Assembly (NCBI RefSeq): GCF_004010195.1
Contig: NC_057718.1
Location: 90,118,837-90,165,709, forward strand
Reading direction: 5' to 3'
Length of the DNA stretch: 46,873 nucleotides
Source of the DNA: Chiloscyllium plagiosum
Taxonomy: Eukaryota
A model generated the notes under the pieces. The model saw nothing but the letters and a program-made list of their open reading frames with translations, was not told where the DNA came from and did no database searches. Shown piece after piece: positions 22,351-34,438 of the stretch (position 1 is its first letter; every line of letters starts with the position of its first letter). Both the position numbers and the translations under genes were made by a program.

Positions 22351-22949
22351 TCTTGAAGGGTGGGTCAGTGCAAAAATAGAAAACAGCACCCCCTCGCCTG
22401 GTGGGTCAGGAGGAGGTCTTCAACGCATGTCAGCTGCAATGCGGCTACTGGAGATCAAAATCTGGGGGGATGTGACATCTATAATTCAAAACCTATCATG
22501 CCCAAAGAACCTTTTGGGAAGTTTACACCTATTTAAACAAATCTGTTTTCGGATCTCCAGCATCTGCAGTGTTTTATGTCAGTATTCCCAACACGTACAC
22601 TTCCCACAAACTCTGCTGCATAAGTTTTTGTTCTTTAATTGTGCGAATTCTTGCTGCTCAAAATAAACCCTGGCTTACAGGCTAAATAACAAGCTCCATC
22701 ATTTTGTGTTGTGCTCAGTCTCTAATTGGGAGTTAATTATATGAAGTGCGATTACGCGCTGGAAGTGGAACAGCTCCTCAGGGACGGTACCGCTGTCACG
22801 GTAACCTGCCGGGGACTTCATTACGCATTAGTAAGGATGACAGATGACTTTTGTTTTCAGTAAGTTCTGAGGAGGATGGAGGAAATCCCTTTCACAGTTT
22901 ATCAGGGCGTTTTATCAGGAGCAATACTTGTCAAAATACAGATACTGAA

Positions 22950-23440
22950 CCATGTGAGACTCGTGCCCAAGAATTGAGTGGCAGCCTGTTTTGAGGAGTG
23001 TCTTAAGAACCTAAGAACTAGGAGAGGAGTAGGCCGTGAAGCCTGATCCAACATTCAACAAGATCATTCAGCAAGACCATTTCGTGGACTCAGCTCCACT
23101 TTCCCGCCCGTTCACTGTAACCCTTATATCCTTTACTGTTCAAAGATCTATTTGCCTTATAAACATTCAACGAGGTAGCCTCAACTGCTTCACTTGGCAG
23201 GGAATTCCACAGATTCACAACCCTTTGGGAGAAGAAGTTCCTCCTCAACTCAGTCCTAAATCTGCTCCCTCTTGTAAGAAAAGAAGGCGGACAATGATAG
23301 GAGAGGCGTAGAGTGTGTGTGTCTGTGTGTGTGTGGGTGTGTCTGAGTGGGGAGGAATGGGGGGGGGGAAGCTGAGAGGGTTGTGGCTGGATATCGCGGA
23401 GTTTGGGGCCTAGGCAACTGGAGGCCAGCGGTAAAATGTT
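22950..23440 (-). mobile_element. Old L2-like 3' fragment with nested CR1 tail (23005-23272)
   Basis: gttttgaggagtgtcttaag...gagtttggggcctaggcaactggagg; CR1 minus ORF RRNFFSQRVVNLWNSLP. Confidence 0.65.
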
Positions 23441-23919
23441 GAAAATCACAGTTGCTCATGAGACCAGAGTGGGAGAAATGCGGTCAAGATTTTTGGGGGC
23501 TAGTGTATGTTTGCAGCTTTGATAATAAGATCTCCAGGGAGTGTGAAGTTGAGTAGTTCTGTCTCAAGCCTGCTGCCTCTTACACCAGTGGAGCAGGTAG
23601 AAGTCACCACCTGAAAGCAGGACCACTCACTCCTGTGAAAAAAAACCACTGGGATGTGCACTTGAGATGCTATAGCCAACAGGACTATGAACCAAGAGCT
23701 AGATGGTGGAGTTATATTGAATGGCCTCTTTTTTTTTGAGCCTTACTGAACATGATGGACCAAATGGCCTCCATCTCGGCTGCAAATGTTGTTTTATTGA
23801 CTCTTGGGACTGGGCCACGCTGGCTGGATCAGCATTGATTTCCCATCCCTTGACGCCCGTTCTTGAACTGCTACAGTCCTTGAGATCTTAGTAGACCCAC
23901 AATAGAAAGGGAAATCTTT

Positions 23920-24220
23920 CTACATTTCGAAGTTTCAGATAACTCATGTTTTTAAGGAAGTTTCGGCAATGTTTCAAAGTGCTTCACGTGAGCGATACAG
24001 ATCAGAGTTCAACACTGAGCCACATGAGAGCAGGCAGCTTAAAGCTTTCGCAAAGCAGTAGGTTTTTAGAAGGAATTAATAGAGAGGGTTAGGGAGGGTA
24101 TCCTGGAGTTTAAGGCTGAGACTGCTGAGGCACAGCTGCCACTGGTGGAGCAGTTATAATCAGAGAAGCTCCAAGGGGACAGAGTTCAAGGGAATGCATG
24201 CAGGGATCTCAGAGGGGACT
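23920..24220 (-). mobile_element. Old L2-like 3' fragment
   Basis: aacactgagccacat...gtaggttttt...gagagggttagggaggg...gcacagctgcca, paralleling 22950-23440. Confidence 0.55.
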
Positions 24221-24231
24221 GGGAAACATGT

Positions 24232-24822
24232 TAGACAATAGACAATAGACAATAGGTGCAGGAGTAGGCCCTTCGCACCTGCATCACCATTCAATATGAT
24301 CATGGCTGGTCATCCTCAATCAGTATCCTGTTCCTGCCTTATCTCCATAACCCTTGATTCCACTCTCTTTAAAAACTCTATCCAACTCTTTCTTAAATGA
24401 ATCCAGAGATTGGGCCTCCACTGCCCTCTGGGGCAGAGCATTCCACACAGCCACCACTCTCTGGGTGAAGAAGTTTCTCCTCATCTCTGTCCTAAATGGT
24501 CTACCCCATATTTTTAAGCTGTGTCCTCTGGTTTGGCACTCACCCATCAGCAGAAACATGTTTCCTGCCTCCAGAGTGTCCAATCCTTTAATAATCTTAT
24601 ATGTCTCAATCAGATCCCCTCTCAGTCTTCTAAACTCAAGGGTATACAAGCCCAGTCGCTCCAGTCTTTCAGTGTAAGGTAATCCCGCCATTCCAGGAAT
24701 TGACCTTGTGAACCTACGCTGCACTCCCTCAATAGCCAGAATGTCTTTCCTCAAATTTGGAGACCAGAACTGCACACAGTACTCCAGGTGTGGTCTCACC
24801 AGGGCCCTGTACAGCTGCAGAA
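24232..24822 (-). mobile_element. Relatively young CR1 3' fragment with an uninterrupted ORF2 C-terminus
   Basis: ORF 24320-24847: LYRALVRPHLEYCVQFWSP...RRNFFTQRVVAVWNALP; (gacaata)n reverse tail. Confidence 0.95.
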
Positions 24823-25207
24823 GAATGTTGAATGTTTTTATCCTCAATCATTGTATGAGACCGTGCCCCTGGATTGAGATTCTGTTCCTCTGGTGCTAAC
24901 CTGTTGCCTGCCTGTCCCCCTCCCTCTCGTTCAGCCTTGAAAGTTGCCACACCATGGAATTGTCTTCCTGAATGTTTCCAAACCACGGCACATCTCCCTG
25001 TTTGCAAATCCCTTGAATTGGACCTTCAGTCGCTACCCTAACTCTTGTAAGACAGCTGCCAGCTGCCAATCCATGATTGCTGATGCAAGGCTTGCTTTGA
25101 TGCAGCTTGCTGCATGCAGACTGTTCTCCAAACCCCATCATAGCCTTACCGAGAAGACAGACAGGTCTCCGTAACTCAGGGGAGCACGTGTGCAGAGTTT
25201 CCTGGAA

Positions 25208-25752
25208 CTGGGCTCAATGGTTAGCACTGCACCCTCACAGTGTGGAAAGTGAGGACTGCAGATGCTGGAGATCAGAGTCGCGAGTGTGGTGCTGGAAAAG
25301 CGCAGCAGATCAAGCAGCATCTGAGGAGCAGGAGAATCGACGTTTCGGACATGAGCCCTTCATCAGCATTCCTCGGATGCTGCCTGACCTGCTGTGATTT
25401 TCCAGCACCACACTCTCGACTGCTACCTCATAGCGCCAGGGACCCGGGTTCGATTCCAGACTCAGACAACTGTCTGTGTGGAATTTACACATTCTCCCCA
25501 TGTCTGTGTGGGTTTCCTCTGGGTGCTCTGGTTTCCTCCCACAGTCCGAAGATGTGCAGGTTAGGTGGATTGGCCATGCTAAATTGTCCATTGTGTCCAG
25601 GGATGTGCAGGCTAGTTGGGTTAGCCATGGGAAATGCAAGCTTACAGGGATAGGGTAGGGAGGGATGTGGGTCTGGGTGGGATGCTGTTCAGAGGGTCAG
25701 TGTGGACCCATTGGGCCAAATGGCCTGCTTTTTGGGATTCTATGATTCTATG
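25208..25752 (+). mobile_element. HE1/V-SINE with fold-back PLE-A inserted in the tRNA head (~25243-25418)
   Basis: Duplicated actgc..cctca.ag.g flanks the insert; B-box ggttcgattcc follows. Confidence 0.88.
25339..25366 (-). ncRNA. Minimal hammerhead ribozyme motif
   Basis: Minus strand reads CTGATGA-A-GGGC-TCAT-GTCC-GAAA-CG-TC (one G-U pair in stem II). Confidence 0.65.
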
Positions 25753-25822
25753 AAAGCAAATAGGGGATTTGAACCTTATTACCAATGTATCCTCGGGAAT
25801 GATGAGTTATTTGCAATTGGTT

Positions 25823-26153
25823 AGGCAAAAGTGAGGGCTGCAGATGCTGGAAATCAGAGTCTTGATTAGAGTGTTGCTGGAAAAGCACAGCAGGTCAGGC
25901 AGCATCTGAGGAGCAGGAAAATCGACATTTCGGACAAAAGCCCTTCATCAAGAATGAAGGCAGGGAGCCTCTGGAATGGGGAGATAAATGGGAGGGCAGG
26001 GGTGGGGCTGGAGAGAAGGCAGCAAAGAGTACAATAGGTGGATGGGGGTGGGGATGAAGGTGCAGGGCAGAGGAGATGACCTGGCGGTTGCAGTGAGAGA
26101 TAGACTCACTGAAACCCTTGTAGAGAGAGGAGGAGAACTTCTTCAAGGTAGGT
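25823..26153 (-). mobile_element. Longer PLE-A fragment: terminus plus internal sequence
   Basis: Same terminus as other PLE-A copies; G-rich internal part shared with 6405-6524; core mutated to TTGATGA. Confidence 0.75.
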
Positions 26154-26919
26154 TTAGGTGGGGTCTCTTGTTGACACTCCATTGCCTGCCTCACAACCAT
26201 GACTGCACTCCAGGGTGCATCGTCGGCTGCAGTATACTTTGAAATATCTAAGGTCGGAAAAGGTGCCACAGAAATGCCGGTCTTTGAGTAAAGCTTGGAA
26301 GAAAACTGCATGAAGCTGCGATCATTGTAATTTCACTGAATGCCGGTTTAGCTACTTAGTCGAAGCAAGCATCAATGGACACTATACTGGGGTGGCTAGG
26401 AGCCCCAGCCTTGAGGGCTGCTCACTTTGAATTAGAGGTTGAGTTTTATTTTTACAGATGAGTGGAAGCCTATTGCGCAAATTGATATTATAAGACTTTT
26501 CTAACTGATTAACCTTGTGTTTCAATCAGCCTTGTGCACATTATACCTCCACATTTATTCATTATTCCAGAGAAACGGGAAGCTCTGAAGAAATGTCAAG
26601 GAATAATGGTTATTTTTGACGAACTGCAGAAACTGCAGTGACATTTTCTTTCGGGTTTGTTTGTGTGACTGGGGAAGCCGCAGGTGGAATCAGTTGCCAA
26701 GGGAAAGGGCAATATATATATATAAACGAAAGCCGCGAGAGTTTTAACTTGAATCAGTCTGTTCGATGGCTGTTTTGTCACAGAGTTCTGTTTTGATAAT
26801 CGAATAAAGAGTAACTCAGGAATGATTTGCTAAAACTCGCGTTCCCACACTATACAACTGTATTATACAATGAAAAGTATTTCCTGTTCCAAAACATCCT
26901 TCTGGACTGAATGTTCAGT

Positions 26920-28005
26920 TAGAGTCATAAAGACGTACAGTATGGAAACAGACCCTTCGGTCCAACTCGTTCATGCCGACCAGATATCCTAACCTAATCC
27001 AGTCCCATTGCCAGCATTTGGCCCATATCCCTCTAAACTCTTCCTATTCATGTACCCATCCAGATGCTTTTTAAATGTTGTAATTTTACCAGCCTCCACC
27101 ACTTCCTCTGGCAGCTCATTCCATACACACACCACCCTCTGCGTGAAAAAGTTGCCCTTTAGGTCCCTTTTAAATCTTTCCTCACTCACGTTAACCCTAT
27201 GCCCTATAGTTTTGGACTCCCTTACCCTGGGGCAAAGACCTTGGCTCTTCACTCTATCCATGATTTTGTAGACCTCTGTGAGGTTACCCTTCAACCTCCA
27301 ATGTTCCACGGAAAATAGCCCCAGCCTATTCAGCCTCTCCCTGTAGCTCGAATGCTCCAGTCCAGGCGACATCCTTGTAAATCTTTTTTGAACCCTTTCA
27401 AATTTCACAACATCCTTCTTATAGCAGGGAGACCAGAATTGAACGCAATATTCCAAAAGTGGCCTAACCAATGTTGTGTATAGCTTCAACATGACCTCCC
27501 AATTCCTATACTCCATGCAATGACCAATAAACTCGAAAGTGTGAGTGCTGGAACGACACAGCAGGTTAGGCAGCATCCGAGAGGCAGGAGAATCGATGCT
27601 TTGAGCATAAGCCCTTTATCAGGATCCCGATAAACCCTTCATCATGATGATGGGCATATGCCCAAAATGTTGATTCCCCTGCTCCTCGGATGCAGCCTGA
27701 CCTGCTGTGCTTTTCCAGTGCCACTTTAATCTCCAGACTCTGATTTCCAGAATCTGCAGTCCTCACTTTCTCCGTTTTCTTCACTATCCAGTCGGCTTGC
27801 GACTCCACTTTCAAGGAATTGTGAACCTGCACCCTTAGGTCTCCTTGCTTGGCAATGCTCCCCAGGACCTTACCATTAAGTGTCTAAATCCTGCCCTGAT
27901 TTGCCTTACCAAAATGCAACATCTCACATTTATCTAAATTAATCTCCATCTGCCACTCCTCAGCCCATCGGCCCGTCTGATCAAGGTCCCGTTGTACTCT
28001 TGAGT
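26920..28005 (-). mobile_element. CR1 (HER1-like) 3' kilobase with nested fold-back PLE-A (27532-27773)
   Basis: ORF 26989-27576 LYTTLVRPLLEYCVQFWSP...FFTQRVVCVWNELP; continues after the insert. Confidence 0.92.
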
Positions 28006-28034
28006 TGTGTATAAACTATTGGATGCAAATCCAT

Positions 28035-28415
28035 TGATGGTGCCATGGTCATGTCAATGGACCAGCACTCTAGGGGACATGGGTTCACATGCCCAGCTGG
28101 CAAAGTTTAAATTCAATTAATTTATCATTCTGGAATTGCAAATTAGTTGTAGTAATGGTGACCATAAGACTGTCATCGATAGCTGTACAACACATCTGGT
28201 TTCCTAATGCCCTAAAGAAAGGAAACTGACGTCCTGACTTGGTCTGGTCTCCATGTGGCTCCAGATCCACAGCGATGGGTAGAACATTACAGCGCAGTAC
28301 AGGCCCTTCAGGGGGTTAACTCTTCACTATCCAGAAGGCTACTTAATTCAAGGGCAATTAGTGAAGGGCAACAAATGCTGGCCTTCCTATTGACACCCAC
28401 ATCCCAGGAAAGAAT
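28035..28415 (+). mobile_element. SINE-B with a ~29-bp antisense CR1 tip (28280-28308)
   Basis: tggtctggtctccatgtggctccagatccacagcgatg; tail gggcaacaaatgctggcc. Confidence 0.75.
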
Positions 28416-29227
28416 ATTTTACAGCACATAGTTGTAACAGTCAGTGGACACTATTGCTGTGGATATATTTCAACTTCAAAGTTGCAAAGAGAGAAACAGG
28501 CACTTCTATTGTCAAATATAGAGACAGGAAGCAGGGAAAACACTATTCTGCATCCTGCCCAGGGAGCTTAGTGCTCTAATTGAATTGGAGTCGACAACCC
28601 TTTGTTCTCTCAACCCACTTAATCTAGTGCTATGGGAATGTTATGAAACATTAATTAAGAATAGCATTGGCTGTAGATATCTATGATATCGTGTGCTTTT
28701 TAGAAAGAACACTTTAAATAAGAAACAATGCTGGCTACAGCAGCAAAAGTGTTTCATTTGTAAAGAACACAAGAAACAAAGTTTTGGGAAAAGTAGGCCA
28801 CGGGCATAATATTTTCTTCACAAAGTTCCCTTAAAATATTCCAGAGGAATCTGTGTTTTCCGGTGTAGAGATAGAGAATGGTGTGGCATTGGAATAGTTA
28901 ATATCTGCTTAGTTTGATCTTATCTGCAATCAGGGTATGTTTGACTGGTTTCATTAGTCTTAGGTTATGTTGACATACAGTTGCTGACATATTGAATGCT
29001 TTTATTTGGACTCAATATTCTGACTGTAAGCTAAATGGGTGCTCATTCTTTGCACTTTTGCAAATTACTGCGTATGACAGAATGAATCTGGCAGGTTTAC
29101 TTTTATCTTGTTGCTGTGCTGTTATAATGACAGTCAATTGGGAAGCAGTGATACTCCTGCTGTACTAGGCCCAGATCCCTACTCAAGTGTGGATTCCTGC
29201 CAGCCTCAGAATGTCCTGCACAGCCAT

Positions 29228-30185
29228 CTCAGGAAATGGAGTGGAGGGAATGTCCCTGTCTGCATCAATGGTGCTAAGGTGGAAATGGTGGAGAGCGTCA
29301 AGTTCCTGGGCATGATGGTCACCAACAATCTGTCCTGGTCCACCTGTGTTGATGTGATGGTCAAGAAAGTAGAACATCATCCCTACTTCCTCAGGAGGCT
29401 AAGGAAAGCCACCTATGTGGATGCATCGCAGCTTGGAATGGCAACTACTCTTCCTAAGACTGCAAGAAATTGCAGAGAATATAGTGAACACAGTCCAGTC
29501 CATCACACAAACCAGCCTTCCATCCATCGACTCCATCTATATTCTCATTGTCTCGGGAAAGCAACCAAATAATCAAAACCCCTCCCATCCAATTTATAAT
29601 CTCTTCCACCCTCTTCCAAGACATAAAAGTTTGAATACGCCTACAAATAGATTCAAGAGCAGCTTCTTCCCTGCTGTTGTCAGACTTTGGAATGGACCTC
29701 TCAAATGTTGATTCTGATCTCTCTCTCTCTCTCTCTTTCACACACACACTCTCTTCTCTCTCTTTCTCTCTCTATTCTCTCTCTCTCTCCCTCCCCCTCC
29801 CTTCCTCTCTCTCTCTCCATCCCCCTCCCTTCCTCTCTCTCTCTTTCTCTCTCTCTCTCTTTCTCTGTCTCTCTCTCTCTCTGTCTCACTCTCTCTGTGG
29901 CTGTAACACTGTATCTTGCACTCTATCCTCATTCCAGATGAAGAGCTTATACTTGAAAGTTAGGAGTGTTAACTCTCCTGCTCCTCAGATGCTGCCTGAC
30001 CTGCTGTGCTTTTCCAGCACCACACTTCACGACTCTGTTCTCCAGCATCTGCAGTCCTCACTTTCTCCCTCTATTCTGTTACCCTGATGGACTTTGTATG
30101 GTGTATGGCATGCAAAACAGCGCTCTTCACTGTGTCTCAGTGCATGTGGCAACAATAAATCAATCAAGCTATCAATCAATCTATC
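29228..30185 (+). mobile_element. Rex1/Babar-clade LINE 3' fragment with (CT)n tract and nested PLE-A (~29929-30067)
   Basis: INGAKVEMVESVKFLGMMVTNNLSWS...YFLRRLRK; TNRFKSSFFPAVVRLWN; tail aataaatcaatcaa. Confidence 0.8.
29717..29897. repeat. (CT)n polypyrimidine microsatellite
   Basis: Directly visible. Confidence 0.95.
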
Positions 30186-30804
30186 TCTCTTGGCTTTTGG
30201 TCTCACTGTTCAAGCGCAAAATGTTTCTGATCACTTAACCCCTGGATTCCTTGAAGCTGTCGAGAGGTTCCATTTGCGAAGTGGTGGAACAGGCATGAGA
30301 GTCTAATGTTTGCTTCAAATAACCTGCCGTGACCCTGCCCCTTGACACTGAAATGGCCCATCTTCTTTGATGGAGAAAACTTAATAATATTAGATGTCTC
30401 CAAAAATAGAAAGTGTGCTCTTGATAATCTTGGAAAAGGAGAAGGACCTTACGTTTGTAAGAGAACTCCCCGGCATCCTCTGGGTATAACAGTTTCATCT
30501 TAAGCCTCGACATGACCTTCCCAATTGGCACCTTGTGGAGTCATTTCATTAACTTCCTTTGAGGTTGGCAGCTTAACTTTTACATTAATTCCTGACAAAC
30601 AATGCAGCGATTACTGGGAATCTCGTTGCAGTGTGGAATTCATTACTTTCAGTGACAGTGACCTTGTGAAAACAGAATGCCAGTCAATCTCTTCAATTTA
30701 CTACGTGGCAATCCATTAATATTAAAATTATTTTGTGTATCACTGAAAGTAATTAAACATGTTCATTGCAGTGCATCCAACGAACAGTGAATCCTTAAAA
30801 CAAC

Positions 30805-31685
30805 TCAGGAAATCAGGGTAGACCACTCGGCCCTCGACCCTTTTCCGCCATTCAGTAAGATGATGAAAGATGTGATTGTGTCTTCAATCCACTTTCCCGC
30901 GTATTTCCCAAAAGCCTTGACTCTCTTGTCAATCTGACGAACTTGGCTTTGAAGATATTCAATGACGCAGACCCCCCTGTTGCTTGTTTGGGGCCGAATG
31001 GCCTTACTTCCCCTCCTATGTCTTATGGTCTTATGGTCTTATAATAATAATCCTCAGAGAGAAGACATTCTTCAGCCTGTTCTCCCAGGTGGCATGGTGG
31101 CTCAGTGGTAGGCACTGCTGCCTCTCAGCACCAACGACGTGGGTTCAATTCCACACTCAGCTGAGTGTCTGTTTAGAGTTTCCCCCTGTTCTCCTTGTGT
31201 CTGTGTGGGTTTCCTCCTACAGTCCAAAGATGTGCAGGTCAGGTGAATTGGCTAAGTTAACTTTTCGATAGTGTCCAGGGATGTGTAGTTAGGTGGGTTT
31301 ACCATGGGAAATATAGGGTTGGGGATAGGGTGAGGGAATGGGTCTGTGTGGGATACTCTTCAGAGGGTCAATGCAGACTCAGTGGGCTGAATGGCCACAT
31401 TATGCACTGTAGGGGGTTCTATGATTCTAGTTTGACTTTCATCCATGAGGGATGGGAAGCATCCTGTCAACTTCCAACTTGTCAAGTCTCCTTGGAATCC
31501 TGAAATATTTCAATAAGATAATTCTTTTCAACTTGAATGAATGTTGGTTAACCAGTTGTTCCTTTCCTCATAAGACAACCCCTTCAGCCCAGGAATCAAC
31601 CTGGTGAAACTTCTCCGAGTCATGTCTAAGGCATGTATGCCCCTCCTTAAATAAGGACACCAAAACTGTACTGAGTGCTCCAGTA
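30805..31685 (-). mobile_element. Old CR1 fragment split by a + CR1 tip (~30985-31042) and a V-SINE
   Basis: ccattcagtaagatg...; ccaaaactgtactgagtgctccag. Confidence 0.65.
31088..31428 (+). mobile_element. HE1/V-SINE
   Basis: ggtggctcagtgg; ggttcaattcc; tail ttctatgattcta. Confidence 0.88.
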
Positions 31686-31689
31686 CTTA

Positions 31690-32232
31690 GGGGAGCTTAG
31701 TGGTATTGTCACCAGACTGTTAATCCAGAGACCTCGGTAAATGTTCTCTCGAAACACAAACGGGAATTGTTGGAGAAACTCAGCAGGTCTGGGGAGAGAA
31801 ATCAGTCAATGTTTTGAGTCCAGTGACCCTTCAGAACGCAGTGTTTGATGTTCTGGGGACCTAGGTTGAATCCTGTCACGGCAGGTGGTGGAATTTGAAT
31901 TCAATGAAAATCTGGAATTAAGAATCTAATGATGATCATGAATCCATTATCAGTGGTAAAAACCATCTGGTTCACTCATCCTTTATGGAAGAAAATCTGC
32001 CAGTCCTTACCCAGTCTGATCTCCCTATGACTCCAGACCAATAGCAATATGATTAGATTAGATTAGATTACTTACAGTGTGGAAACACTCATCCTTTATG
32101 GAAGAAAATCTGCCAGTCCTTACCCAGTCTGATCTCCCTATGACTCCAGACCAATAGCAATATGGTTGACTCTTAACTGTCCTCTGTCCTCCAGCCAGCA
32201 TTGCCCACATCCCATGAGTGAATAAAGAAAAA
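31690..32232 (+). mobile_element. SINE-B containing a PLE-B piece (31751-31836) and a 79-bp duplication around a V-SINE tip
   Basis: Collinear with 13468-13776 outside the inserts. Confidence 0.85.
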
Positions 32233-32439
32233 GGTGTTGTTTCATCATTGTGCTGTATCATTATAGTAAGATTTCCCTATATTTATACACCATTCTAATG
32301 GCCATAGAACCATTCCATTGGGTCTAGATTGCACTATAGAGTGAAACATATTGGGGCTAATATAGAATAATCAAGCACATGTTGAACTTTCTGAATAGTT
32401 GCCTGGTCCGAAGTGTTGACAAGGGATAAACAGTAAATC

Positions 32440-33938
32440 CTGTCCTGCCAGAGAATTAAACAAGGTAAAATAACCGACTTGGAATAGAAATCCAAACCTG
32501 GGTGTGAGAAATCTGAAATCACTGGGGAATGGATGCTACTCGTTGTAGAGTGCTGGGGAACGCATTGGGTAGTGTTCTAGTATATAAATCATGTCAGATT
32601 AGTATGAAGTCTCAGCAAATAAATAGGAAAGCAAATAAAATGTTGCTGTGTATTATGAGGAGAATTGAATATAAAAATAGTGAAGTTATGCTTCAGTTAT
32701 ACAGAGGGTTGGTGTGACAATGTAGCGAGTGTGGTCCTGGAAAAGCACAGCAGTTCAGGTACCATACAAGGAGCAGGAGAATCGATATTTCGGGCATAAG
32801 CCTTTCATCAGGAAAAAATCCTGCTCCTTGGATGCTGCCTGACCTGCTGTGCTTTTCCGGCAACACACCCTCGACTTTGATCTCCAGCATCTGCAGTCCT
32901 CACTTTCTCCTTATGCACAGTTTCGGTCTCCTTATTTAACAGAAGGATGTATGTGTGTTGGAAGCTGTTCAGACAAGCTTTACCAGACTAATACCTGGAA
33001 TGAGTGGGTTGTCTTAAGAGGACATGATAGCTCAGCTGGGCTTCTATCCACAGATTGTGTATCCGTTCAGCCAAAGGTCACTGGATTTGAAACGTCTATT
33101 TTCAAGAGTCTAATGATGACTATGAATCCATTGTCAGTGCTAAACACCATCTGATTCACCCATTATTGGAAGGAACTCTGCAATCCACTGGAGTTTAGAA
33201 TCATAAGAGGTGATTTGACTGAAGAATACAAGGTCCAGAGGAAGTTTGACAGGGTAACTGTGGAAAGGATGTTTGCTTTTCTGGGAGAAATCAGAAGATA
33301 ATGTCAATTTTTAAAAAATAAAGGATCACCCATTTTGGAATGAAATTACAAGATTTTTTCTCACAGGGTCATGAGCATTTGGAATTTAGTGGTGGGAGCA
33401 GAATCCTTGATTAATTTTAAGTTAAGTGATAGTTAGATTGTTGGTAAGAAAAGTGGTATAGGTTGGCACCAGTCTCAATGGGCTGAAGGGCCTGACGTGA
33501 TATATGACTATGACTCATCTGGGATAGGTGGGAAAATGGAGTACAGAGGAACCTCGATTATCCGAACGATCCGGGCACGAAGTATTTTGTTCGGATAATC
33601 GAATGTTAGGCTAATCGAATGCTGGACAACACAGTTTGGCCAAGCATTGGGACCTTCGGATCTTGTTCAGATAATCCGAAATTCGGACAATCGAATGCCG
33701 GATAATCGAGGCTCCGCTGTAGTCAGATTGGTCCTAGTCTTATTGAATTTGATTGGATTTATGCTGTCTTTTGTCGGGGTAAATTTGAAGCAGGTTGGGC
33801 CTATAGTTTGGAGTTTAGGAAACAAGAGACGATCTTATGGAAATATATAAGATTCTGGGGGGGGGGGGGGATGTAGCAAGACAGAGTGGATGTGTCCTCA
33901 GAATTCACAACTAGGAGGATAGCTTCAAAATAAGAATT
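32440..33938 (+). mobile_element. Old CR1 fragments hosting PLE-A (~32725-32910), a SINE-B piece (~33095-33185) and a MITE
   Basis: RKANKML..IMRRIEYKNSEVMLQLYRGLV; minus-strand CTGATGA...GCCC-GAAA near 32783-32811. Confidence 0.75.
33544..33719. mobile_element. Tigger/pogo-like MITE (Tc1/mariner superfamily)
   Basis: 21-bp TIRs CAGAGGAACCTCGATTATCCG / CGGATAATCGAGGCTCCGCTG (19/21 match); TA at 33542-33543 and 33720-33721. Confidence 0.9.
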
Positions 33939-34438
33939 NNNNNNNNNNNNNNNNNNNNNNNNNNNNNNNNNNNNNNNNNNNNNNNNNNNNNNNNNNNNNN
34001 NNNNNNNNNNNNNNNNNNNNNNNNNNNNNNNNNNNNNNNNNNNNNNNNNNNNNNNNNNNNNNNNNNNNNNNNNNNNNNNNNNNNNNNNNNNNNNNNNNNN
34101 NNNNNNNNNNNNNNNNNNNNNNNNNNNNNNNNNNNNNNNNNNNNNNNNNNNNNNNNNNNNNNNNNNNNNNNNNNNNNNNNNNNNNNNNNNNNNNNNNNNN
34201 NNNNNNNNNNNNNNNNNNNNNNNNNNNNNNNNNNNNNNNNNNNNNNNNNNNNNNNNNNNNNNNNNNNNNNNNNNNNNNNNNNNNNNNNNNNNNNNNNNNN
34301 NNNNNNNNNNNNNNNNNNNNNNNNNNNNNNNNNNNNNNNNNNNNNNNNNNNNNNNNNNNNNNNNNNNNNNNNNNNNNNNNNNNNNNNNNNNNNNNNNNNN
34401 NNNNNNNNNNNNNNNNNNNNNNNNNNNNNNNNNNNNNN
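33939..34438. other. Assembly gap (N run)
   Basis: Run of N abutting the minisatellite. Confidence 1.

Noticed and set aside
22785..22810. REST/NRSE-like motif
   Set aside because: Only a partial half-site match
24320..24847. 175-aa ORF as a host gene
   Set aside because: It is the CR1 ORF2 C-terminus, 5'-truncated; the same applies to ORFs at 26989, 39044 and 39362
30453..30593. Possible minus-strand exon (tgtttgtcag ... gtaagg)
   Set aside because: The frame that reads furthest from the acceptor stops before the donor, and the peptide is not recognisable
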